A stretch of DNA of 63,572 bases, the filler included, from Hausera hauseri (taxonomy: Eukaryota), in the NCBI GenBank assembly GCA_046269625.1. It is 12 parts of 12 records of this genome, joined end to end, with 100 filler letters (N's around TTAATTAATTAA, not from the genome) between each part and the next. Parts side by side here need not be neighbours in the genome. Positions count along the whole stretch, not along the records: positions 9,683 to 14,303 come from JBJURY010500575.1; positions 14,404 to 22,329 come from JBJURY010870959.1; positions 22,430 to 26,390 come from JBJURY010856189.1; 9 more parts are not named here. The stretch is one strand, 5' to 3'. Positions 11,060-23,950 of this stretch are shown here, piece by piece. Below the pieces are notes generated by a model. It was not told the origin of the DNA. It made no database searches and saw only the letters and a list, made by a program, of their open reading frames with translations. Position 1 is the first letter of the stretch; each line of letters opens with the position of its first letter. The position numbers were made by a program, and so were the translations under genes.

Positions 11060-14000
11060 GGAATAATGATAGGAATGAGCGGAATGACAGAAAGAGATAA
11101 CGGAAGACTGAAGCACGGTAACTGAGGGTGAATTGAAATTATGATAACTACAATTTCGGAAGAAACCAAGGTAATTAAAGAAATGATAACAATGGGAAAT
11201 TATATAATGACAATGGAAATAGAGATAACAGATATAATGGGAATAATCAACAAGGACCGTCGAATCAGAATACAAATAGAAATATGAGGAGATCAAAATC
11301 GCGTGTAAACGAAGATGGTTGAAAGAGAATCGGCCGGAATGGAAATTTAATTTGTTATACAGGCGGTATAAAAAGACACATAGCAAGGTCATATCCAAAT
11401 CCACGAAGTGTTTCGTTCACTGAACCTAATAAAGTGAGTATAATTAAAACTAATGAAAACTTAAAAATGATGAATGCGCACCGAGGCGACACCAACCTGG
11501 TTATGGAATTACAGGATTTGCGAAAACATGAAAATCCAGAGAGAAACTGGTAATCCACAAGTATTAAAGGCCAGAATCGCGTATGAAAGTAAATTGCGGT
11601 TAATGGAAATTTATCGCGGAGTGGCAGAACTGCAATAAGAGCATGGGTATTCCGTAACACCAAATTACTCTAACATGGCTCCAGAAAAGAGTATTCTGCT
11701 AATTACCAAAGAGATAAATCAAATAGAAGTTCAATAACTTCGTTAAACGTAGACTTAGACGCAAAGCCTGAACCGGTACTACTGATAAAATCGAAAACGA
11801 ATATACGGTACCGGTTGTACTCAAAATAAAGAAAAATAGAAGCAGAAGCTTGTCAATCGAAAAGAAACATATAGGCTACTCACGGTCACCGGCAAAGAAA
11901 GAAGTTCCAAAAAACGGAAGACTTAAACATCGTCGTAAGTGACGTTTCAAGTTTAAATACTCTACACATGGAAGAGCAGCCAATAGAAATATCGAATACT
12001 CGGAGAGTAACCGAAGAGCTGATAGATATGAAAAACGAAATTAATGAAATATGTCATTTACCGCTTATCGAAGACGAAAAGGAACAAAACGAAAATTTGG
12101 GTGGAAAAATATGGGAAATTAGAAAATCACTGAAACGTCCCGACGAATTAAAAAAGATTAGAAATGCTCCAATTCGTCCAGAAACACTGCGCCAAAATTT
12201 AGCGAAATTCCAACAAATAATCAAACAGGTGGATGCTTCCGGAAGAACAACAATTTGCTGAAAGAATTTACAAAAAGCAAAAAATGTATAACGAGAGGAA
12301 ACTAGAGGAAGAAAACTATTCGGACGAATCAGAAGAAACGTCTCAAGAACTGGTAGAAAAGTGGAAAAACAAATTGAACTCATGATGTTGAACGTCATTT
12401 TGGTTATCACGATCGAAAACGACGGAGGGAACCTATATTCTTGTACAGACGAAAATTTGTAAATATGAAAACGCGAAGAATGGGCTCAAATGATGACGAA
12501 CCTAAGAGAGGAGACGCGGTCTCCAAAATGAATAGATATAAAATGTTCTCAGTTATAAAACCGCCGCTACCCATATTTCCCCCAACGGAACCAGTATACG
12601 AAGACTGCGATAGACGGTCAATGAACACATATAAGTTAGAAATTTATTGGAAACCGTTTAGCTATGAACATCCTTACGAAAGAACAAAACAATACAGAGT
12701 GTTACGGAAAATATATCAATCTAGAGAAAACGCTGCACCTTATCGGCGACAGTCGGTTGACGACCACAAAGTGCTATATTCTCCAAGAATACCTCGTAAT
12801 ATAGAAACCAGATCAACAGTTTGATGAGACCGAAGGATGCAGACATTACGAAATACAGTAATGCATATTGTGAGGATATAAATGAGAACAGATGTTCTGA
12901 ATTTAAATCAGAAATATTTTTAAATTTAAATTAAGATTTTGATTTGGTATTAATTAAAAAAATAATTAATTAAAATTTTAATGTAATATCAAAAATCTGA
13001 TTTGAATTTGGAAAATTTGTTTCAAAATAAATAATTTGGATTATAATAAAAAATTTCTACTGGTGTTTACTTTTCAATGAGTAATCTCAAACGATCCAAT
13101 TCTGATTCAGCAGTCATATCAGAGGGCGGGTGTTTTCCAACCCTACCCCGGCTGGGCAATGACGTGAACGGCGTGGATGCGCACGCTGCTAACACATACA
13201 AATAACCGAGAGCTGCTAGTCAGCACTGATGAAGGAGGGGATGAAAATTGTGTTAGCAATAAACTATACCAGAACGGAGAATTAAGGCAACTAGCAGAAA
13301 ACATAGTCACCTCACCAGAGGTTGGACACAAATTATCTACGATTAAACAACCAAAGGTTGTATCGAATTGTTATGGGGCGGTAGCAGAAGGAAGATAATT
13401 CACCAAAATTAGTATGGAAGATTAGGAAGTTTATGCATTAGTCAGCACATGATCTGAAATGTCATTTATCAATTATAATTTGATACCTCAAACATTACGC
13501 AAACAATTATACCCACCCTTAATATCTGACCCCGGAAGCGTTAAAGCCTTTGGCCAAGCATCAAGACCAAAATTCAAATGGAATCCTAACGTTCACATAA
13601 TTGTCCAAATATTTCAACATGAATTCTCTAAAATGGATTATCTAACAGACTAGGTAGTATTAGGATGCGATGTATCAAAACATTTACCAAATATAGCAAT
13701 AGACTTGCACGCTACAAAGCTAATCGAGCTCGGATCAATAAAAGGAGCAAAACCTACTAAAGAAAGAACATTTGGAAAAGTATGGATTACAGTAGATGAA
13801 AATATTCCGCCCAGAACAGAGATGTTGATATACGCACAAATTCGTTAAGACGACGATCAACCAGTATACGTCGATCCACAAGAAAGAATAAATCCAAACA
13901 TTATACTCAATTACGTATTAACAAGAGTATCATCAGGTCGCGTACGGGTTAGAATAGCAAATAATGCTCCAACTTCCGTTAAACTCTATGCTAACACTAT

Positions 14001-14303
14001 TTAGGTTATAAGTAAAGAGTATCATCAATAACCATTGAAGAGAAATCATATAAATGTGCCGAATTATCACCAGTTGTTATGTCGCTATGAATAAATTATT
14101 GCTAAAGATGAAGAGGATATTAGTAGAACTAAAAGCTTAAAATGAACAATTTCACTTAAGAAAAAGCCTGATCTAATGATGAGATTGATCTTGAATATAA
14201 GAAAATGCCAAAATAGTGTCCGCTGCCTCATTCTTTAAGACCCGAAATAATTAAAGAAGTTGATAGTATGTCGAAAGCTGATATAATTAGACTGAGCTAT
14301 AGA
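11060..14303 (+). mobile_element. Degraded Ty3/Gypsy element: gag, ORF-X start, internal deletion, glycoprotein tail, protease, start of RT
   Basis: Degenerate zinc knuckle CYTGGIKRHIARSY (11353-11394); 11968-12380 homologous to C4 14456-14850; 12385-12824 homologous to C4 19480-19907; protease region homologous to C4 20160-21080. Confidence 0.85.
12893..13194 (-). mobile_element. Putative 302-bp solo LTR nested in the C3 Gypsy element
   Basis: TGTT...AACA termini, near-TSD CAGA/CATA, absent from the homologous C4 region; one GC-rich end and an AT-rich body. Confidence 0.5.
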
Positions 14304-14403
14304 NNNNNNNNNNNNNNNNNNNNNNNNNNNNNNNNNNNNNNNNNNNNTTAATTAATTAANNNNNNNNNNNNNNNNNNNNNNNNNNNNNNNNNNNNNNNNN
14401 NNN

Positions 14404-17400
14404 AGAATTAGAAAAAGAGGAAGACTTCACCATTATTTTAAGAGATGAAGCAGAGTTGAATACTCCTGTTATAACACAAGACGCTCCGGAAACAATAAAG
14501 ATTCCAAATATTGAGGAAATTAATGAAATATGTCCGTTACCACCAACCGAAGAGAAGTCAAAAGAGGAAAAATCTATTAAATTTGGGAAGATTAGAAAAT
14601 CTTGGAAAAATGCAAATGAACTAACCCAGATAAGAGACGTACTGAATGATCCCGAAAAGCTACAGGAGAACTTGCAAAAACTCCAGCAGAGGAGTAAACA
14701 GTTGGATATCTCCGGAAAAGAACAACAGTTTATAAAAAAGTTATATAAAAAGCTTAAACCAGGTTCTCAGAAAAGGGAAGAAAATACATCGCACGAACTG
14801 CAAGAAATGCCGCAAGACTTGATAAAAAGTTGGCAAAATAAATTAGAACTGTGGACAACGAACGATATCGATTTTACGAAAATATGGTGGAATAAAAAAG
14901 AACCGTTTTTCGATCAAGTTAATCAAGCACAAGGATTGTTAAACACATTAAAAGGTAACCCGAAACTAAAACGCGTAAAACGTAATTTAAAAGGATTGCA
15001 ACACAAGATTGAAGAAGCAATAATTTCTTATCTTCATAGTAAACCAGTATACGAACTGACTAATGCCGACTTAGAGATATTGAGTATAGACCAAATCGAT
15101 ATTTCCTTTTTAATAGAAATGTGCAACTTAATAAAGAATAAACCTAGGAAATACCTAGATCTAAAAATACGTATAGAAAGAGAAAAGGAAATACGAACCA
15201 AAATTAACGACTTTAGGATCGGTATAGTTTACCGTAAAAAGCCAGAAGCACAGAGAATAATATGTGATTGTCTTCTCTAATTCGATGAGTATAGAGAAGA
15301 ATTCAATTATATGAAGCAAATCATAAAATTTTTACGAGGACCAGATCATGAACTGAAAGAAGTTCTTGAGGCATTAGACGAGATAATATATGCTAAACCA
15401 GCGATACCTGAACAATTAAGGAAGTGGATAGACTTGTTACCTTCCATAGCAGGAATAATAAATGAAATATGGAAAGATTTTGCCGTGGTTGAGCCGATAA
15501 TGAAACACCAATTGGAAGAAATGCTAATAGATATCGGTACGTTGGAAGATGAAGCGAAATTGCGAATTAAATTCGAATCATTTCGAGAATTTGATTTTAT
15601 GAGCCAGAATCAAGATCTGACAACGTTAACAGAAATATATACTATGATAGAGGAGAAAGACTTCTACAGAAAAAGAAACAAGCTAAGTGATCTTCAGCTA
15701 AGTTTATTAAACTTCCGTTGGGAAGGAATACAGAACCTAATGCAGAAATCGTTAAAGGAAATCTCTGTACAAGAGATAGAAACATTGGAAATATGTAACG
15801 ACCACCGGATTTCTCTGGCATAGACACTACAGTATTTACAAAATCCAGTTAAATGGACACCAGTTTTTCACCTACATTGCCACACCGAACTAACAGAAAT
15901 TAGAAAGGATCTTCAGCTGACGGCCGACGAAGCCAAGTTCATAGGCAGGCTAATGGACGCAATAGATTCAGACGCTGAAGTACTAAATCAAATGCACAAA
16001 TTAATCTTACTACTAACAGAAATGGCAAAAATCAACGAAGTAGTAGCTAAACGACTAACAAATCGAATAAGGCTGGTAAAAGAAACCCGGCTACGCTCCG
16101 AAAAAAGACAACGCGAGCTAAACGAGTTACTCAGAGAAACAGAAGTTTATTAAAACAAGTATTCCCTCACGGAATCCGAAATGAATGATAACACGGAATT
16201 TATCCATAGATGGCAAAGAGACAGAATAGCGGAAATGACTAGTTATCAGGAGAGAGTGCTGATACAACCAGAAGAAATGTGCCGATTTATAACATTTATA
16301 CAACAGGCGTGAAAAAACAAAGAGGGCTTTAGAATATCCGTTATGAAAATACTGCAACCGCGACTGAGGGAACTACGCGAAAGAGTCCAGGTCTGACATG
16401 CGGCAATAATAAACTACGAGTTACCTGACGCAGATAATGAAGCTGAGTGGGACGAGTATCTCCAAGACCTAACTGAACAAAGTCAGAGAACTCCAAGACG
16501 AATTTATGAATCACTTACTGGTGCACAAAAGACGAAATTTGATGTACAAATGCTACTGGATCCCACACTAGACAAAAAGAAACTGAGCAGTATGTTGAAA
16601 CAAAACATAAGCGAAGATAAATTAAAGAAGTTGATTCCGACCTTGACTAAGCTACATAGTGAGAACACTGCATACAGTGCCGTTCCCAAACTCCTAATAA
16701 TAGAATACGCTAATCGTTTGAGAAACAAACAAGAAGCGGAGATTAAGGTGAAAATATCATCAGAATGGATGGATGATGAGGAATTCGAGTGCACTACTAA
16801 CACCACCGTTGCAGATATAAGACAACAAATAATGGATAAGGTGGTTAAGAAGGAGTTAGTTACCGGCTCTATTTCAGAGGAAGGATATTAGATGAGTTAG
16901 AATCCTTAATAGACGTAGGGATCATACCCCACGAAGAAAATCGAATTATAGCAATAATTGTCAATGAACAAACCAAAGACAAAGCCATAAGGAAGGCACA
17001 TACAGAACACTGTTTCGGAAAAATTGTGGGAATTCAGGACGCCGCAATGTACTTTGAATATTTACAGACGAACGACGATAAATCACCAAAACTTTACCGT
17101 TAGTAAAACCGAAACGGAAGACCAAGAAAAGTAAAGGAAATTGACTATAACGCATATCTAATCAGGGAATTGAGGCCATTATCAGTACCTACCCCGAGCT
17201 CAGATAATGAAGAACTAATCAAACTAATGAGAGATTTAATCAGGATAGTTAATTATACTAGGCTCCAAGGAGACCTATTATCCTAGAAGGAAAGGTTAAT
17301 ATACAATGTAGCTCGGACCATGAAGATTTCGCGATATAAATTATCTAAAAACACCATCCCTGACGAAACACTAATTAACAGAATTATGATAGGCAATACG

Positions 17401-17625
17401 ACGGAAAAATGAAGGAAAGCCTTGATATATTTGGCGATAAAAACAAATCCTCTTCGAGAAAATGAAATCGACAAGTCGATCGGGCTAGCTAGAAAAGCTG
17501 CAAGAAGAATACCTAAAGAAATAAAATGGGCTACATTGTTCAAAAAGGAGGACAATGGGAAAAGAACTAATAACTTAGAAGACATGGTATGAAACATCTT
17601 TTCGAGTAAAGGGAACGAATCAAAT
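14404..17625 (+). pseudogene. ORF-X, ~1000-codon Lys/Glu/Leu/Ile-rich, probably helical protein of unknown function
   Basis: Consecutive + strand ORFs (14456, 15311, 15953, 16550) separated by stops or frameshifts; N-terminal part conserved in C3. Confidence 0.55.
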
Positions 17626-19907
17626 TGGTTAATCAATCTCCTAACGATAGTGATGTTAGTGAAGCAGATGGGAGCAGTTACTATATACGACTGTGACAAA
17701 TTTATGGTGGGTCAGAAATATTCCTTAATGGATTTAGAAACATGCGACGACGCAAGACCTCATAAGCTGGAGACAATAGAAAAGGGATATATATATTATA
17801 TCAACAACGGGAATTAATTGCAATGGATACAACGGAATGCATGATACGGAGATTGCGCAGCGTTTTTCATTGTGGTAATATGCACGGGCATTTTTCAGTT
17901 ATAAAATCAACGACACCATTAATTCCAATGAACGTAGATAGACAACATTGTTTAGGAACCCGGCTAACAGTTAAGATGGTTTGGGATGGCATGGAGTTAG
18001 AAGCCCAGGAAGGAAAGATCATTAGCGCCTACAAAGTGGCAATCAGAAAACTAAATATGCACACGGGATATTGTGTCAGAGCCGAATATGATATCATAAA
18101 AGAAAAGGAAGGAGGAATAGTAGTGGTAAAATTTTATGAAACTGAGTTACGATCCCTAAAAGCGATGTTTCATAGTGTTACCAAACTATTTACTGAAAAT
18201 CAAAAATGTCGCATACAAGATGGCGCTTGTACGTTCCGAAGTTCAGTTGTTGTATAGAGTCCGCCTTCCAAGAGAGAGTGCAACTTCATTAAAATCAAAA
18301 AGTTAAAATTCAATGAGACAACCTGAAAACGCTAAACAAATAAATTACACGCTAATACGAGATCGAGGGAAGACGTAATTGAACATTCCACACCGACGAT
18401 ATTGATATCGGACACACATGGGTTAAAGTTTATTAGGAAGGACATGTTAACACGTTGTGATATAGTTATGTATGCCACAAATTCCGAGGCATTTTTCGTA
18501 GCAAAAACCAAAATCAACATAAAAACGTACGATCTGAAAACGCAAGACATACGGATTGAGGATTACCCCAAAAATAGCGATGACTATTTCTGTTATAAAG
18601 GACAAACCGGAATAGCAGAGCTATATCACAAAATGATAACAAATGACTGCAGGTTAGATACTGAAGTCATAGGAACCAAATTGGCCTTAATTTATGCCAA
18701 CCCAGAATTGGCATCACCGATTATACCCATAAAAGATGGTGTCTTTGGACGAGTTACTGGAGAAGTTCTACTAACTTACGAATGCGTAAAAAGAGATGTG
18801 CCAATAAACGTAGAGGAGAAAAGATGCATAGAAGAATTACCGGTCATCTATGAGAATATGCCGAGATTAGCAATGCCACTCACTCGAGTATTATTTGCAA
18901 ACTCAACCGAACCAACGATACTGAAGGAATGCAAAACGAGCCTGGGTGAGCCCATGTTTCGACGTAGCAGTACAGACTGTATAAGCTTACCTAATGGAGG
19001 CGCTACTACAGCCCCTAGCAAGCTAACTGGAATTAATCTAATCAAAGGACTATCAGAAGAAAAGTTTAAAGATACAGCCAATAAAGAAATTTATAGACCA
19101 AAGGGCATAGAAGCCTTTAGGCAATTTTTAGCATTTCAACGACAAAGAACTTATGAACTAAATCGAGCCATGTCGATGGTCATGGACGATACTCGTTTAC
19201 AGGCAAAATGGAAATCATTATTAGGCGCTAACCACTATCAAAGGGTAACATCAAAAATACTGTATAAAATGCGGCGAAGGTTTCTAATTTTCGGACAAGC
19301 CGCGTCTGGATTGCTAGCTATCTACTTTTTGGTTCAACTATTCAAAGCAGTAATACAAGCCATCATCAACGGATATGAAATATTCACATTAACAGGATTC
19401 TCTTGCAAAATTTTGGCAGCAATCATCACGCCTTTTGGAAAGTAGCTTAAGGCTACGAAAAAAACCGCTGGAAAAACGACGTAGAACGTCATGTTGGATA
19501 CTATAACCGAAAGCGGCGAGGAAAACCCTCGATTTTGTATAGACGTAAAAATAAAACAACAGTAAGACGAAAGGATGATTCATATGATGACGAGCGTAAG
19601 GGAGGAGAAGGAAATTCTAGAATAAAGATGTACAAAATGTACTCGGTAATTAACGCACCATTGCCAATCATGCCACCAATTGCACCAATATATGAAGACT
19701 GCGACCGCAAATCGATCGTATGATGTATCCAAAATATATCAAAAACCTATTAATTGTGAGGATCCTTACGAGAAACCAAAACATTATGGAGTACTACGAA
19801 AAATGAACGCTATAAATCAAGGACCAACAGAAAACGACCACGGGATACTATATTTAAAAAGGATACCGTGTCACATAAATTCAAAATCAAGAATCTGGGA
19901 GAACTAA
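17626..19907 (+). pseudogene. Chuvirus-like envelope glycoprotein with signal segment, TM region and cytoplasmic tail
   Basis: WLINLLTIVMLVKQMGAVTIYDC..YSLMDLETC; ECMI..VFHCGNMHGH; CRIQDGACT; LTRCDIVMYATN; GVFGRVTGEVLLTYEC..RCIEELPVIY..PLTRVL; TM FLIFGQAASGLLAIYFLVQLFKAVIQAIINGYEIFTLTGFS; pattern resembles chuvirus G. Confidence 0.75.
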
Positions 19908-20099
19908 AAACTGTGTTCGATCTCAGGTTTACTACCACAAGAACCTCTCATGGACAGTCGTGTTATTGAAATAACAAATAAGGACTTATATCCGAACGAA
20001 AAATTAAGACAATTAAGACAAGGTATCATTTTATAGCCACAGATAACAATAAATGAACATAGAGTTTCTACTACAAAGCAATTAAAGACAGCGTCAAAT

Positions 20100-22329
20100 T
20101 GCTACAAAACAGTAGCAGAAGGAAAACCCTTCGCTAAAGTACACATCGAAGATTGGGAAGTGTATGAATTAATCGATACGGGATCAGGGAAGTCGTTTAT
20201 AAAATACGAATCAATACCAACCACACTACGAGAACATTTATGCCCACCATTATCGTCAGATCCAGGTAGCGTAGGGGCATTTGGGCAAATATCGAAGCCA
20301 AAATTTAAATGGACACCTACCATTTATATGATGGGCCAAGCACTTCAACATGAATTTGCGATAATGGACCAGTTAACAGACGATGTAGTACTAGGTTGTG
20401 ACATATTGAAACAAATACCAGGTATGGCAATCGATGTGCATAATGGAAAATTAATTGAACTCAAACCAATAAAAGGGACAAAAGTAATAAAGGAAAGGAA
20501 ATCAGGCGAAGTATGGATTCCGGTAGATGAGGACATTCCACCTAGAACCGAAATGACAATTTTCGCACAGATTCGCCAGGATGAAGATCTGCCTCAAGAG
20601 AATATAGATCCAAACCTTATGTTTAGCAATATTTTATGTAGAGTAGTGACGGGACGAATACCTATCAGATTAATGAACAATGCATCAATTCTCGTAAGAT
20701 TGTACGCCAACACTACTCTAAGTCACACTTTTAGAGTATCGACAGTGACAATAGAGGAGAAACCATACAAGTATGCTGAATTTCCACCTCAAGTTGAAAC
20801 CAAATTCTCTCCCGAAGCGTATTGCAAATTTTACGAATTATTGTGTAAATTCCGTTCAATAATAGTGCAAAACGAAGAAGACATAAGCAAAGCAAAGGCT
20901 CTAAGATTAACGATTCCATTGAGGAAGAAACCCCGCTCAAATGACGGAATCGATCTAGAAGAACAGAAAATGCCCAAGTGGTACCCACCTCCTCACTTAT
21001 TGAGATCAGAGATAACTAAAGAGGTAGAGCGAATGTTAAAGGCCGACATAATTCGACCAAGTTATCGATCATGGTACTAACCTATACTTATGGTTAAAAA
21101 GAAAGAAACTACAAAACATAGGTTTTGTATAGATTACCGGACATTGAATACGCTTATGATGAAAGATTCGTTTCCCATACCGTCAGTAAAAGAAGCTTTA
21201 GACAGACTATCAGGACCGATATGGTTTACCACTTTCGACTTGCAGTCGGGATACTGGCAAGTGGAAATCGAAGAAGAAGATCGATATAAGACAGAATTCA
21301 AAACACACGATGGTGTATACGAATTTAATGTTATGCCTTTCGGCATCACCGCCGGACCAGCTATCTTTACCAGAATGATGAATAAAATGCTCATGGGACT
21401 TGATCATGCTTTCGCGTACTTAGATGACGTGATGATAGCATCATAAACAGAAGAAGAACATGTAAAGGACATTGAAGACACGCTTATGCGATAAGAACAA
21501 GTCGGATTAAAACTAAACCCGAAGAAATGTAAATGGGTACAGAATGCAGTATCGTACCTCGGATACATAGTTGAAGAAGGAGGATCGAAACCAGATAAAT
21601 CTCTACTAAATAAGATATCCGATTGCATGGAGCCGCAGAACTAAAAAGAACTAAGAAATTGGTTGGGCCTAGGTGGGTATTATGCAACTTACGTACCAGA
21701 CAACTCAAAAATTAATGCACCATTATATCGTTTACTTAAAAAATGAACTAAGTGGATATGGACAGAAGTGGAACAAAAAGCATTCGATGAAATGAAAAAA
21801 ATCTTGACAAGCGAACCCGTTGTAAGATACCCAGATTTTAACCTAATATTCATAATTAAAACGGATGCAAGTAAAGAAGGTATAGGGTACGAATTAGCTC
21901 AGAAACGTGAAGACGAAGAATTAGAACATCCAATAGCCTAAGGAGGACGCTCATTAAAGAAAGCAGAAAAGAATTTTTCGGTTACCGAATTAGAAACGGT
22001 AGCCGTTAAGGAAGCATTACGACACTTTAATGTCTATGTTTACGGACAGAAGATTATAATAGTAACGCATAACAAAGCAGTTACAACATTGAAAGGACCA
22101 GCTAACAACCCAACATACAGATTAAATCATTGGATCGAGGAAATTTTACGATATAATATTGAATTCCAATATAAACCAGGTAACAAACACGTTGACGCCG
22201 ACGCTTTGTCAAGATTGAAAACAAAAACGAGCGCAATCATCACACTTAAGAGACCACAACTTAAACAACTAATTGAACGACAAAGAACCCTAATATCGGA
22301 TAAGACAATGAGAATTACAGCTGAGCAAG
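20100..22329 (+). pseudogene. Gypsy pol: aspartic protease, RT, RNase H (runs off the contig before integrase)
   Basis: LIDTGS, VVLGCDIL, RFCIDYRTLN, FDLQSGYWQV, MPFG, AYLDD, KTDASKEGIG, SVTELE, HVDADALSR. Confidence 0.93.
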
Positions 22330-22699
22330 NNNNNNNNNNNNNNNNNNNNNNNNNNNNNNNNNNNNNNNNNNNNTTAATTAATTAANNNNNNNNNNNNNNN
22401 NNNNNNNNNNNNNNNNNNNNNNNNNNNNNTGAATGAGTTAATTGTTATATCAACTTTTATAATAAATTTCTAATGAATAATTCAGTCTTACAATTACCAA
22501 ATGACGCTCAGGTCGGAATGGTAGATACGCGATCTACTAACATACCAATTCCAAATCTTTTTAAAAAATCGAGCAGACTGAAGTCGGACATAGATATATT
22601 CATTTTTTAATATAAGAAAAAACTCCACGAAATCAACATTCAAAAGCCTACCGACGGACAACTCGCCTGTGTCGACCTGCTGATTATAATCGGTCCTCA

Positions 22700-23572
22700 G
22701 TTAACCGACAAAAAAATCGCCAATTTGACAACGTTCATACAACAATTCTTGGACAACAGCGACAACAATCACAAAATCCAGAAGCGAATTTATCGCTATT
22801 TTGAACAAATCACAGCATCCAACACTCCGACGAATAATTCGTATACGAGCGAGAATCTCGCACAAATTCTCGGTAAATTCAAACGATGGCAATTGGTCAA
22901 ATCGGATTCATGGAAGTGTCGAATTAAAACGTTGAACAACTTGTTGAAATTGATGAATTTCTATCAAAAAATTGCCGAACTGACGAACGATTTCTTCAGT
23001 GAAATAATCATTTGTCTTAACGAACGAAACAGGAAAACGCGTGCGGTACTGATTTGATGCTCGTTAAGGGTATTATCGGGTGCAATGATTTTTACGACAA
23101 CGAACAGACACTCGTCAATTGTTTGACGAGAGTGGTAGATCGCCTAATTTCATGTTTCCGCGAGAATACCACCGATCTGACTCCGGCTGGGATTGAATTT
23201 AAAAGCTCTCTGTCCAAAGCTCTCTTTCCGATTTTGTCCGAAAACCGACTATCACGTGTTGTACGACTCGAACAAATCGCCAATACACTGTCTGTGGTTT
23301 TGGACATATTCCGAACGTACGATAGTAAATCACAAAATCGAACGTTGGTTCAGTGCGGACTGAAACGAAAAAACATGCACGAAACCATGTATAGTACCGA
23401 TAATGCTTACGTACTTTGGTATGCTTACCGTTCGCCGGTACCGATGACATTCAATTCGACTCCTGCACAGCACGTTAATGATGCCCCACGGGCATTGTCG
23501 GTGTTTGAAAGTAAATTGAGAGAATTAGATCAATCATCGAAAATGTTTGAACACTCACTCGAATTGAATTAA
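22700..23572 (+). pseudogene. Fragment of an unidentified helical (possibly HEAT-like) host protein
   Basis: Two abutting ORFs 22725-23057 and 23054-23572 with amphipathic-helix composition; no family recognised. Confidence 0.3.
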
Positions 23573-23804
23573 TCAAAAATTGCCAACTCCAACAAACGAA
23601 ATAAATTCGATGACTCCAGCATAACACTCTCGGATTAGGCATTTTAAAACTCATTTAAACATGGACCGAGTAGTGATAAGAACAATTCACAACTCGAGTC
23701 ACAAAAAGACATTTTGAAAAAGTTGCACGAATTATGGAAAGCTATCAATCATTGTTCTTCTATCCTTAGAGTAATCGATTTGAACAAATACGACATTTTT
23801 ATCC

Positions 23805-23950
23805 AACTGCAACATCAGAACTTATTCGGCAATGCGACGAATAAACCAGAATTATTCGGCTATTCATCAACAACATGCTACGGATTCGGTGCACAGACAT
23901 CGTCGACATTCGGTGAGTTTGGTGCCAATCAGAAATTCGGCGCAACGATT
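23805..23950 (+). pseudogene. FG-repeat nucleoporin-like fragment
   Basis: QNLFGNATNKPELFGYSSTTCYGFGAQTSSTFGEFGANQKFG. Confidence 0.5.

Larger units (their letters stand above)
14404..22329 (+). mobile_element. Ty3/Gypsy element internal region: ORF-X, envelope-like glycoprotein, protease, RT, RNase H
   Basis: All coding remnants are on the + strand, in the order given; see sub-features. Confidence 0.9.
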
